This document shows positions 1-9,165 of a stretch of 64,000 nucleotides of DNA, piece by piece (position 1 is the first letter of the stretch; each line of letters starts with the position of its first letter). This DNA comes from a bacterium (GTDB lineage: Bacteria > RBG-13-61-14 > DATKZS01): contig CAXXFL010000006.1 in assembly GCA_963674965.2 (NCBI GenBank), positions 480,001 through 544,000 on the forward strand. Reading direction: 5' to 3'. The notes beneath the pieces were generated by a model, which did not search any database, was not told where the DNA came from, and saw only the letters and a list, made by a program, of their open reading frames with translations. The position numbers and the translations under genes were made by a program.

Positions 1-544
1 ACCCTATATTGAAATCGTAGGCCTCGCCGGTGAAGAGATGTGAGAATTCGGTAGTGCCGGTCCTGGCGAGGATTTGGCCGAAGGCGAGGTAGGTGACGGC
101 GTCGGTGACGTCGCCGGCGATGGAGGTGAGGGCGCGGGTGGAGCCGAGGCCGTCGTAGTGGAAGAAGGAGACCGCGCCGGCGCGGGTCTGGCTGATGAGG
201 TCGTCGCCGAAGGAGTAGGCGGCAAGCTCCGCGCCGGAGGCGTTTGTCTCGCGGGCCACCTGCGAGTAACCAGTGCGGTTGTTGTTGTCCACCAGGTAAT
301 TCACGCTCTCCCCCGGAGTCGTTTTCCTTATCCGCTCGCCCCTGTAATCGTAGGCGTACTCCGCCTCGAGGGCGCCGTCCTTCTCGGCCCTCTCCATCTT
401 ATTATCACATGTCCACTCGTAAACCCAACTCCCCTCGGGACCCGCCTTCCCCGCCATGTTCCCATTATCGTCCCAACTATAAGACGTAACCCCCGCACCC
501 GAGGATTCGGACAAAAGCCGGTCGTTGCCGTCATGCGCGTAAGT
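1..544 (-). CDS. Orphan RHS repeat-associated core fragment (runs off left edge; absent from ORF track)
   Basis: Manual translation of the minus strand gives TYAHDGNDRLLSE..VTSYSWDDNGNM..AEYAYDYRGERIRK..GYSQVARE..YSFGDDLISQTR..FHYDGLGSTRALT..VTYLAFG..HLFTGEAYD, i.e. YD repeats and the start of the Rhs core. An in-frame TAG at 545-547 precedes it; first ATG at 457. Confidence 0.85.
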
Positions 545-812
545 CTACGGAAAGGATGGCTTTTAAAAGATTTTTCGGCCATGAAAGGGCTGGACAAGCG
601 GCGACTTGGATTGGCGACGCGCGGCAAGGTTCGCCCTTCATGGACGGGGAAGAAATTTTCGGCTACGGCTACTCAAAGGGTAAATCCCTTCGGTCTTTTT
701 TGCAGACCTCCATGAGCCGAACATCCCAAGTTTTCCAAAATGGGGAAGTCCACCTCTCGCTCCCTTGCCAGTTCCCTCGGGATAATCGTAAACTTATCTG
801 GAAGGGACCTTT

Positions 813-1559
813 ATGAAAGACGACTGGTACAAGGATTTTTTCGAGGGCGTGGCCCTGGATTTCTGGCGCCAGGCCATGCCTCCTCTTCAGACGGGGGTCG
901 AGGCCGACTTTATCGTGGACGCGCTTTCGCCGCCCAAGGGGGGAAAGCTGCTGGACTGCCCCTGCGGCGACGGCCGGCACATGGCCAAGCTGGCCTCCCG
1001 CGGCTTCCGGGTCACGGGGGTGGACGTCTCGCGCTATTGCCTGGAGGCGGCCCGGGCCCGGCTCGAGGAGGCCGGGCTTTCGGACATGGCCGATCTTGTC
1101 CAGGCCGACATGACGGACATGGACGTGGGCGAAGGTTACGGCGGCGCCTATTGCATGGGCAACAGCTTCGGCTACCTGGACCGGGGCGCCATGGATCGCT
1201 TTCTCGGCGCGGTCAGCCGGTCCCTGTTGCCGGGGGCCGGGCTGATACTCGAGACGGCCATGGCGGCGGAGAGCTTCTTCCCCACCTTCCAGGAGCGCGA
1301 CTTCATGAAGGTGGGCGACATAACCCTGCTCATGCGGCACGAGTACCACCCCGGCCAGAGCCGCCTGGACACGGAGTACACCTTCATCCGGGACGGCGAG
1401 GTCCAGGTCCGGGGCTCGCGCTACTGGATTTTCACCATGGGCGAGATAAAGAGGATGATCGGGAAGGCGGGCATGAAGATGGACGCCGTCTTCGGCGCCC
1501 CCGACAAAAGACCCTACCGCCTCGGCTCCCCCGCCGCCCTGATCGTGGCCAGGAAATGA
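813..1559 (+). CDS. Class I SAM-dependent methyltransferase
   Basis: LLDCPCGDGRH motif I, VTGVD, QADM, CMGNSFGY. Confidence 0.9.
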   Translation: MKDDWYKDFFEGVALDFWRQAMPPLQTGVEADFIVDALSPPKGGKLLDCPCGDGRHMAKLASRGFRVTGVDVSRYCLEAARARLEEAGLSDMADLVQADMTDMDVGEGYGGAYCMGNSFGYLDRGAMDRFLGAVSRSLLPGAGLILETAMAAESFFPTFQERDFMKVGDITLLMRHEYHPGQSRLDTEYTFIRDGEVQVRGSRYWIFTMGEIKRMIGKAGMKMDAVFGAPDKRPYRLGSPAALIVARK

Positions 1560-1572
1560 CGCGGGAGATAAA

Positions 1573-1956
1573 ATGGAAGAGCAATATCAAGAGAATGGAA
1601 GCGGGGAAGATATTCCTCCCGTACACCCTCCAGCCTCGCGCGATGAGGAAGACCAATCCGGCGGTCCTCAATGGCTGATTGCCTTTGCGCGGACTATCTT
1701 CATCAATTTTCTGATGTTGGGAGGAGTTGTCCTGTTTCTGTCCTTCTTGCGTGAGTTTGGAATATTCACTTTTGGAGAACCGGGCGGAATGGGCAAGGCT
1801 GATTTTAAAGGAGGAGAAAATAATGGCGTATCGGAAAATCTTATTAAGGCCTGTTCACGTGACCATTTCATGTCTTTTTATCATCTTACTTATGCTATTC
1901 GCTGGGCCTTCATGCAGGATGATGTGCATGAAACCGGACAGGGATGGAATCTTTGA
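1573..1956 (+). CDS. Hypothetical membrane protein, possibly truncated
   Basis: GGAG RBS, acidic N-terminus, one TM segment; 3' part overlaps the ankyrin gene out of frame. Confidence 0.3.
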   Translation: MEEQYQENGSGEDIPPVHPPASRDEEDQSGGPQWLIAFARTIFINFLMLGGVVLFLSFLREFGIFTFGEPGGMGKADFKGGENNGVSENLIKACSRDHFMSFYHLTYAIRWAFMQDDVHETGQGWNL

Positions 1957-2542
1957 AGATACCGACTTCTCTCATCCTCTCCATAAGGCGGCCGCCCTTG
2001 GCCAAGTTGAGGAATGTAATAAAATCCTCGACCAGGGAGTTGACGTTAATTTATTGAACAAAGGCAAGCGGTCTCCTCTTCACATGGCCGCGATCACTGG
2101 CCGGCGGCAGGTGGCGGAATTGCTTATCGAGAGAGGAGCTGATATTGAAATGCAAAATCCATTCAAGGAGACGCCTCTTCAGTTAGCGGCGGAATACGGC
2201 AAACTTGATACCGTTAAGCTGCTCGTTGAAAAAGGCGCTAACCTTGAAGCGAGTAACTGGTTCGGAAGCACGGCCTTGCATAACTCCATTGGGAAAGGCC
2301 ATGACGAAGTTGCTATTTTTCTGATCGAAAATGGCGCGGACATTAACGCGCTCAATAACGCCAAGCAAACGCCCCTGGCCAGGGCCGCTCTTTTCGACAG
2401 GCTGAAGATAGCTGAAGCGCTTATCGAGAAAGGCGCCAAGGTAAATACCATTGACGAATACGGCAAAACTCCCCTCCTTACCGCCAAAGACGGCGGAAAA
2501 GAAGAAATGGTCAAGTTGCTCAGAAAGCACGCGTTCAAATAG
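1823..2542 (+). CDS. Exported ankyrin-repeat protein
   Basis: AGGAGG RBS before ATG 1823; hydrophobic leader with Cys; repeats PLHKAA, SPLHMAA, TPLQLAA, TALHNS, TPLARAA, TPLLTA. Confidence 0.9.
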   Translation: MAYRKILLRPVHVTISCLFIILLMLFAGPSCRMMCMKPDRDGIFEDTDFSHPLHKAAALGQVEECNKILDQGVDVNLLNKGKRSPLHMAAITGRRQVAELLIERGADIEMQNPFKETPLQLAAEYGKLDTVKLLVEKGANLEASNWFGSTALHNSIGKGHDEVAIFLIENGADINALNNAKQTPLARAALFDRLKIAEALIEKGAKVNTIDEYGKTPLLTAKDGGKEEMVKLLRKHAFK

Positions 2543-2595
2543 TAGGGCCATGAAAAAAGATGCACTCGGATTAGACCTTTATAATAGTCCCGGCT

Positions 2596-3075
2596 TTATT
2601 CGGATAGTCTCCAACATTCGACGTCCCGGTCTTCTCCCTCGCCCCCGCTTACGCCGTCCGCGCCGTAGCTTATTATCGAGTACATCCCATAAACGTCCGG
2701 GCTATGGTAGATATACTCGTTTCCCCATGGATCGAGAGGGATGCCCGCCAAATACCCATCGGGATTGTAATTTTTCGGCTCAGGGGGGATCGAAGGTTTT
2801 TCCACCAGCGCCTGCGGGCCCTGCTCCGTGGTGGGATAGGCGCCGTTGTCCTTGTGATACATTTCAAGGGCGGTCTTGAAATTGACGATTTGAGTTTTGG
2901 CGGCGTTTTGCTTTAATTTAATCCGATCGCACTGAAAAGGGGAAGGATAAATCCTGATACCGGAGAGTAAAAGGAGTAGCAGCAAAGCCAGAATTATCAA
3001 AATCGAACGAATGGCCCTTCGCTTTTTGTTTCCCTTTGTTTGAACGGTATCTTCCTTATCCTCTTTTCTTAACAT
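2596..3075 (-). CDS. gspG: Type II secretion major pseudopilin GspG-like protein with atypical N-terminus
   Basis: ALEMYHKDNGAYPTTEQG..LDPWGNEY..SYGADG..GGEGEDRD T2SSG signature; no GFTLxE prepilin motif. Confidence 0.8.
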   Translation of the reverse strand: MLRKEDKEDTVQTKGNKKRRAIRSILIILALLLLLLLSGIRIYPSPFQCDRIKLKQNAAKTQIVNFKTALEMYHKDNGAYPTTEQGPQALVEKPSIPPEPKNYNPDGYLAGIPLDPWGNEYIYHSPDVYGMYSIISYGADGVSGGEGEDRDVECWRLSE

Positions 3076-3369
3076 GGTAATCCCCACCGCCGCGATTTGG
3101 AATCTTCAAATAAAAACCCTGGATGCTAATTAGATTCCCGTCTCGGGAGGTTGTTCCAGATAAAATCCAGAGCGCAACCGAGCCCTCATCAGGGTCATGT
3201 TTCCAAATAACCAATAACTGAACCACCAAGACGCGAAGTAGGCGAAGAAACAATAAAATATCTTTCACCTTTCGAGTTTAAAGACGTCATGATGAATATT
3301 TATCCACATTGTTTTGTAACGCCATGTATGCAAACGTCCGGGCCTATTTTTCCTGAAGGACCTGGAAAC

Positions 3370-3399
3370 TTGACATGAGGGCGAGCTGATAAGTATGCT
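3370..3399 (+). promoter_or_regulatory. Putative sigma70 promoter for the DUF2804 gene
   Basis: TTGACA-N18-TATGCT upstream of ATG 3474. Confidence 0.5.
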
Positions 3400-3473
3400 C
3401 GAAACGTTAAGACCCGGTACCAAGGCTTTCGTACTTGCCCATTAAAAGGACGTATTAAGAGAGGTAAAGCTGA

Positions 3474-4628
3474 ATGAAAAGACGCGATTTTATCAAGGCC
3501 GGCGTGGTCGCCGCTCCTCTTTGCGCGGCGGCGCTTCCCGCCATGGCCAAAAAGCCGCTTCCAAATCACCTTCCCATCATCGACGAGCGGATGAAGCGGA
3601 CCGATTACAAGCCCATTTATGAAGAGCGCGAGATAACCCGGCCGGTCGCCCTTTGCGACGGCGAGGGCAATCTCAACCCCGAGGCCGTGGGCTGGTCCCG
3701 CGTTCCCCTCCAGCGCTGCAACCTGAAGGGGCATTGGGGCCGCAAGAAGAAATGGAACTACTGGAGCTTCACCAGCGAGGAATTCAATTTCAACATCATC
3801 CTTTCCGACGACGACTACGTGGGCATCGGCGGCGGAAACATGCTGGACCTCACCAGGAACGGGCGCATAACCAGGGAGATCATCCGCATACCTTCCCCCA
3901 AAATGAACATGCCCGAGGAGGTGGAGAAGGACATATCCTTTCGCGCCGGCGGGACGTCCTTCTCGATGGTCCACGAGATGGGGGGCATTAGCACGGTTTT
4001 CCACTGCGCCTCCATGGAGGGCGAGGAGGTAAGCGCCGAGTTCTTTATCCACAAGCCGCCCGGCCACGAGAACGTAAACGTGGTGGTCCCCTGGACCAGC
4101 GACAGGTTCCAGTTCACCGCCAAGCAGTACGGGCTTCCCACCGAGGGCGCGATCAAGGTGGGAGCGCGGGAATATAAAATGGACCCCGACAAGTGCTTCG
4201 CCTCCCTCGACTTCGGCCGGGGCATGTGGCCGTACCGGGCCTACTGGAACTGGGCCGCGGGCACGGGCAAGCAGGGCGGCGACGTTCTGGGCGTCAACTT
4301 CGGCTCGAAGTGGACCACGGGGACGGGAAGCAACCAGAACGGCGTGGTGCTCAACTCGAGGCTGTATAAATTCCATGAGGACGTGGAATTCGAGTTCGAC
4401 GCCAAGTCGCCACGGAAGCCGTGGAGGGTACACACGGTCCAATCAAACGACGTCGATATCACCCTGACCCCGCAATTCAACGAGAAGCGGCGCTTGAACC
4501 TGGGCCTGCTCAAGGCCTGCGGTAACATGGCCCTGGGAAGATGGTCGGGCAAGGTTAATCTGGACGGCCGAACCTATGAACTGAAAGACCTCATGGGCTG
4601 GGCCGAGGAGAACGTCTGGCGGTGGTGA
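3474..4628 (+). CDS. DUF2804-family protein with twin-arginine signal
   Basis: MKRRDFIK Tat motif and AMA cleavage site; LCDGEGNLNPEAVGWSR, RKKKWNYW, LDFGRGMWPY..WNWA, terminal GWAEE..RW. Confidence 0.8.
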   Translation: MKRRDFIKAGVVAAPLCAAALPAMAKKPLPNHLPIIDERMKRTDYKPIYEEREITRPVALCDGEGNLNPEAVGWSRVPLQRCNLKGHWGRKKKWNYWSFTSEEFNFNIILSDDDYVGIGGGNMLDLTRNGRITREIIRIPSPKMNMPEEVEKDISFRAGGTSFSMVHEMGGISTVFHCASMEGEEVSAEFFIHKPPGHENVNVVVPWTSDRFQFTAKQYGLPTEGAIKVGAREYKMDPDKCFASLDFGRGMWPYRAYWNWAAGTGKQGGDVLGVNFGSKWTTGTGSNQNGVVLNSRLYKFHEDVEFEFDAKSPRKPWRVHTVQSNDVDITLTPQFNEKRRLNLGLLKACGNMALGRWSGKVNLDGRTYELKDLMGWAEENVWRW

Positions 4629-4643
4629 ATTAATGGCGGCGGG

Positions 4644-5135
4644 ATGGCTCGCGGAAACGATATCGGATTGTCGCCTTGGGCATATATAATATATCATGGC
4701 CATATGGTACACGGCGGCATTAAGGATGATGGGCGCTTGAACCTTGCCCTGGCGGCTTTGACGTTCGTATTGGCCGCTACCTTAAGGCTGATCGGCCTGC
4801 GACAGGGTCTTTGGCTCGATGAAATCATGTCCGTGCGGGAGTATTTCCACGCGCCCTGGATCGTCCTTGTAACGCGCGTGCCCACGCCCAACCATCACCC
4901 GCTTTACTCGCTTATGGCCAAGCCGTGCATTTTACTTTTAGGCGAAAAGGAATGGACCGTGAGGTTGCCGGCATTTGTCCTGGGGTCCTTGACGCCGCCT
5001 CTACTTTATCTTCGAGGAAGGACAACCTGGAACTCATTAAGGCGTCATGCCAATAAACTAAGACCTTTCAATCCTTTGAAAGCGATCAAAACGACGTGCA
5101 TGTCTTCAGATGCCCATGATATTATGTGGCCATGA
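4644..5135 (+). pseudogene. N-terminal fragment of a GT-C (PMT_2/GT39-like) glycosyltransferase
   Basis: LWLDE, NHHPLY, EWTVRLPA motifs; similarity ends near LYLRG, far short of a full multi-TM GT-C. Confidence 0.65.
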
Positions 5136-5187
5136 CCACCCGCGTGATCTTTTAATGTCTCATTTATAGGTTGGCCTGTCCGGTTTT

Positions 5188-5357
5188 GGGGTACGGGGAC
5201 AGTATACGGGGGGGTACGGGGACAGTATACGTATCTCGCCTGCATAGCGGGGCGGGGAGTCGATTATAAATATTCCATCAATTTCCATTTTAGATATCCC
5301 AGATTATTTTCAATCATTAGGTACACTGTCCTCAGATATTCCCAGATATCAGATATT
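5188..5357. repeat. REP-like repeat cluster
   Basis: GGGGTACGGGGACAGTATACG at 5188-5208 and 5211-5231; inverted partner GTACACTGTCCTC at 5321-5333 (11/13 match); tandem CAGATAT units follow. Confidence 0.75.
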
Positions 5358-5375
5358 TCAAGAGTCTTTTAGGGC

Positions 5376-6518
5376 TTAGCGGGTTTCATCTTGAGCCTCG
5401 CCGAGGCGTTCGGAGACTCTTGGTTTCGGTAGCTGGAGGGAGGGGACATTTTGTTGAATGAATGACTCCAGCGCTTTTGCCGTTATTTTATGAGCGATCG
5501 GCGACGGGTGGGGGTCGTCAGGAGACACTATAAGAACTGACCTTGATTGGGGCCTGTACACCGGATAGAGGTCCAGTACCAGGAAGCCTAATGAACTGGC
5601 CGTGGTTGCGACCCGGTCATGGAGTTCAAGATATGGATACTCCGGCCATTCCTCGTTCCCCAGGTCAGGAAAAATCATGACAATAACGGGTACCTCCCGC
5701 TTACGCGCCCATAATTCGAGCCTCATCATGGCTCGATTGACTGACAACCAGCTTCGGGCGTCGTTATGCAAGTACAAGCAATAGTCGTTTCCCCCTTTCC
5801 TCCAAACTTGATACTTCCATTCGGCCAGGCGTAAAAGCCTTAAAAGATGGGACCGTTGCCAGATTCGGTCCGGTTGGTAAAAGGCCTTAAGGGGCTGCAA
5901 TGGGTCCAACTCGGGATCGTTAAGACAATAACCGAGGACGATAAGATCGGGTTCCATCAATGCCCCTCGATGAAGAAACAGGTTTACCTCGTCCTGGGTG
6001 TTATAACCGCTCACCGCCAGATTGAGGACCTGATATTTTCCGGGCGCCGATCGCTCGAAGAGTTTTTGCAGCTCCGCTTCGAAGGTTTGTTCCTGGTTCA
6101 CGCCCCATCCGAAGGAAATGGAGTCTCCAAGCACCTCAATCCTCCGTACCCCGGCGGGCTTGGCCAACGTGATGGGGGGAGATCGCATGGCCAGATCGTT
6201 GGTGACGATGTGCCAGCCAAAAACGACAATGTCTACATTCGGTCGCAGTTCGTAATACAAGCCGGGAATTGAAGAAGCTTGATGCAGGCCTTGATTCCAA
6301 CCCTTGTTGCCCAGGACGTCATATCCTGGGTCCCACAACGCGGGCTGGCCTAACGCTCGCAGAACTATTTCGGCCAAGAGGAGAGCGAAAAACATCGATG
6401 ACGTTGCCGCCAAAATTTTCCGGCGCGCTCGAGGCCGCGGGGAGAGGGAGGGAGAGTCCTGGTTTACGGCATACTCGGAGTGGACCTTTCTATTCATAAG
6501 CTCCTTGGTGTTTCTCAT
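5376..6518 (-). CDS. Membrane-anchored SGNH/GDSL hydrolase
   Basis: N-terminal TM (LLAEIVLR); VLGDSISFG, NLAVSGYNT, YCLND, DDPHP blocks. Confidence 0.88.
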   Translation of the reverse strand: MRNTKELMNRKVHSEYAVNQDSPSLSPRPRARRKILAATSSMFFALLLAEIVLRALGQPALWDPGYDVLGNKGWNQGLHQASSIPGLYYELRPNVDIVVFGWHIVTNDLAMRSPPITLAKPAGVRRIEVLGDSISFGWGVNQEQTFEAELQKLFERSAPGKYQVLNLAVSGYNTQDEVNLFLHRGALMEPDLIVLGYCLNDPELDPLQPLKAFYQPDRIWQRSHLLRLLRLAEWKYQVWRKGGNDYCLYLHNDARSWLSVNRAMMRLELWARKREVPVIVMIFPDLGNEEWPEYPYLELHDRVATTASSLGFLVLDLYPVYRPQSRSVLIVSPDDPHPSPIAHKITAKALESFIQQNVPSLQLPKPRVSERLGEAQDETR

Positions 6519-6561
6519 TATAGCACGCGCGGGTCCAACTTAAAATTAAATCTGGAGATAA

Positions 6562-6920
6562 ATCTGGAGACATACTTAATTATTGATATACATCTTCCCC
6601 TGTGCCAAAATTTTGTCATGGTCAGGATGGCAAGAGCCGTTGTTCCTCGCGCGCCCCACCACGTTAATTAGCGGGGCAACGGGAGGCAGCAAACCTTTTC
6701 GGTTAGACAAGGTACCCTATAATTTGGAGGACTTTTTGAATCTGTCCGTAATTGGCTCCGAGGTCTCGCGAATAAAAACGAGCGAGCGCACCGAGCGCCC
6801 CCTCTGGGAAAAGGACTTTGTGCGGGACTCGAGACCGCCCTCGGCCGCCGCCTCGCCCCCCAAAAGCCGGGCCGGCCTTAAGCCCGAAAAGAAGTGAGTT
6901 AAGTATGGATGTCCCCAGAT
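6562..6920 (+). mobile_element. Internally deleted RAYT/Y1-type transposase remnant with terminal inverted repeats
   Basis: 6618: MVRMARAVVPRAPHHVN*RGNGRQQTF (TAG at 6669) joined to a frameshifted C-terminus ERTERPLW..LETALGRRLAPQKPGRP. IRs: ATCTGGAGACATACTT (6562-6577) and AAGTATGGATGTCCCCAGAT (6901-6920). Confidence 0.75.
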
Positions 6921-7182
6921 CAACGCCCCCCAGGGTCTGTTGAACGGGAAGCCTTCGGAGTTTATCGCTTTGGATGCCTCCGGCAGAGAATAGAAAAGGG
7001 GCGAAGCTTATAGCCCCGCCCTGACGTCTGGCAGCCCGCGCGGCGCTCAGGTCGCTCTCCAGCGTTGCCCTATCCTCCGGGCGAACAAGGATAAGGTATC
7101 ATGAAATAACCGCCTAACAAAACCCGAAAATGGGGAGCCTCCCTCTCCCCTTGACTTTACTTATCATGGATGTCCCCAGATC
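6905..7182. repeat. 17-bp direct repeat bounding a ~260-bp segment
   Basis: ATGGATGTCCCCAGATC exact at 6905-6921 and 7166-7182. Confidence 0.8.
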
Positions 7183-7265
7183 TCCCTCTAATAATATTGA
7201 AAACTATATCCGATTATTTAAACGTTCCTTAATCTGATTATTTTATAGCGGGTCATCGTTGTTCC

Positions 7266-8711
7266 TTACCTCTCGATTCCCGCGGCGGCGGCCATGACGT
7301 CGAAGATCATGGAGTTATCGAGAAGGGTCGTGCCGGAGTGCCACGAACCCTGACGGAGGATGAATCCTCTCGATCCGGGCCCGGTGGCGTATACCATAAC
7401 CAGTTCGTTCGTATGGGAGCCGGGGCCGTAAGTGACCTCGCCGTCGGGATAGGACGATCCGGCCTGAGCGGGTAGGTCTCCCCTGCCCAGGACGGGAGCG
7501 TCGGTCAGGCGCATGAGACCGTTGCCGTGGTCCGAGGTGACGATGACCAGGGTGTTCAGGCGGGTAACGCCGTCTCCGGGCCGGTCGATAAAGTCCATGG
7601 CCGCGGATACGGCCCGGTCCAGGTCCCAGACGCACCCTATCATGCGGGCGTAGTCCCGGTTGTGGTTGGCCCAGTCCAGGTCTCCCTGCTCCGCCATGAG
7701 GAAGAAGCCGTCCTCATCGCGGCTGAGAATTACCAGGGCCGCCTCGACCGCCTCGGCCAGGGAGGGATTTTCCATCTGGACTGAGAACCCCGGCGAGCCG
7801 GGGGCGTCCACCGGCGCCGGCGATTCAAAGTTCCCTCCCGCCCCGCCGAAGATACCGAACAGTTTCTTGTCCGGGCCCAGTCCATAGGCGCGGTCAAGCA
7901 GGGCCGAACCGCCGTCCACCGACGAGGTCCTTTCGACCAGTTCGTACTCGGTTGAAGAACGGAGGGCCGTTAGCTGGTCCAAGGAAACGTATCCGCCCGT
8001 CCAGTCCGGATGTCCGCCCCCGATGACTACCTCGGGCCGGGTGGCATGGATGATCTCGTCGCCTATCTCGAGGTAGTTGCCTCGATTCACGTTATGGCTG
8101 ACGAAGGCCGCGGGGGTGGCGTGGGTTAAGGGAACGGTCGAGACCACGCCGATGGCCGCGCCCCATTTCGCCCGCATAAGCTCGGCGATGGTTATCAGTT
8201 CGCCTCCCGCGGGGTCCCCTCTCAGCCAGGACACGTTGCCGCCGTCGGTCTTATGGCCCGTGGACATGGCGGTGGCGGCGGCGGCCGAGTCGGTGGCCGC
8301 CCCGGTAAGATATTCCGCCAGACCGGACTTGTCCAGGGGCCATGGCGCCAGCCCTCCCAGCGCCGGATCGTAGCCCGTAAACGGGTCGAATGTCGCCTCG
8401 TTGTAGGGCGGCCGGCTGAAAGCTCCCGCCAAGGCGTTATAGGTATCGACGTCCCAGGTGGCCGCGCAGCCCCGGCAAGGGAAGGAGTGCCAGGTCAGAG
8501 AGTAGTCTTCGCCATGAAGATAGCGGCTACCGGCTATCTCGTGGACAAGATGCATTCCGTCGCCAATGAAAAGGATGACGTTTCTGGTCCTCGAGCGGGC
8601 CAGGCCGCGGGAGGATGACTGGTCCTGAAAGCGGACCTCACATCCGCTAGAGGCCAGAGCAGCCGCGAATAAGACAAGGACCGAGACCCCGCTCAGGATT
8701 TTTTTCCCCAT
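7266..8711 (-). CDS. phoA: Alkaline phosphatase (PhoA family), lipoprotein
   Basis: ASSGC lipobox; NVILFIGDGM, TDSAAAATA (catalytic Ser), THATPA, EQGDLDWANH, TSDH, HT. Confidence 0.9.
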   Translation of the reverse strand: MGKKILSGVSVLVLFAAALASSGCEVRFQDQSSSRGLARSRTRNVILFIGDGMHLVHEIAGSRYLHGEDYSLTWHSFPCRGCAATWDVDTYNALAGAFSRPPYNEATFDPFTGYDPALGGLAPWPLDKSGLAEYLTGAATDSAAAATAMSTGHKTDGGNVSWLRGDPAGGELITIAELMRAKWGAAIGVVSTVPLTHATPAAFVSHNVNRGNYLEIGDEIIHATRPEVVIGGGHPDWTGGYVSLDQLTALRSSTEYELVERTSSVDGGSALLDRAYGLGPDKKLFGIFGGAGGNFESPAPVDAPGSPGFSVQMENPSLAEAVEAALVILSRDEDGFFLMAEQGDLDWANHNRDYARMIGCVWDLDRAVSAAMDFIDRPGDGVTRLNTLVIVTSDHGNGLMRLTDAPVLGRGDLPAQAGSSYPDGEVTYGPGSHTNELVMVYATGPGSRGFILRQGSWHSGTTLLDNSMIFDVMAAAAGIER

Positions 8712-8821
8712 TCATTTTTCTCCAATGAAGACGATACAAGATGAAACCATTTTCAAATACTCCGCTCGGACCGACTAGCCACCCGATTCTTAGGATATCA
8801 CGAATAAAACTCGGCGCTCCT

Positions 8822-8970
8822 ATTTCTGGGATGATCGGCGCCAGGACGGGGACGTCCCTCGGTTCATCCAGCAATCCGACCAGTCTTTGAACCGCCGAGA
8901 GAAGCGGTAAGGTCACCGCGCCCGTCACCATTCCGGCGCTGGACGGCTGTAACCGGGGCTGTGGAAGGTT
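8822..8970 (-). pseudogene. Internal fragment of an AraC N-terminal (PF06719-like) regulator
   Basis: Translates NLPQPRLQPSSAGMVTGAVTLPLLSAVQRLVGLLDEPRDVPVLAPII; no HTH present. Confidence 0.55.
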
Positions 8971-9036
8971 CAGTACTCAATACCCCGGGTAGTGCCTCTA
9001 TGTATACCCCCTCCTCATGTTTGTCGATTGGTTTTC

Positions 9037-9065
9037 TTGACACGAGGCGGATTTATTGGTAATCT
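9037..9065 (+). promoter_or_regulatory. Putative sigma70 promoter for ALDH
   Basis: TTGACA-N17-TAATCT with TGn extended -10. Confidence 0.6.
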
Positions 9066-9165
9066 CGTTATGCTTTCAAGAGCATAACGAAAGGGCCATG
9101 AAAATTCAGTCAATATAAGCTCCTCGGCCGGAGGCCCGGCGAGGATATAACCATGGAGGTCAGTC

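Noticed and set aside
74-715. 213-aa plus-strand ORF and nearby small ORFs
   Set aside because: Antisense shadows of the Rhs frame; no motifs.
556-816. ORF with SKGKSLRSFL, faintly like Abi-associated domains
   Set aside because: Too short a match, with no other support.
1823-2542. Ankyrin protein as Rhs immunity
   Set aside because: It lies upstream of the Rhs fragment on the opposite strand; cognate immunity would be downstream, outside the window.
3221-3250. ACCACCAAGACGCGAAG motif resembling GxxExxY-associated repeats
   Set aside because: Single copy with no inverted partner or GxxExxY gene.
5188-7182. Repeats as a CRISPR array
   Set aside because: Irregular spacing, mixed orientation, no cas genes.
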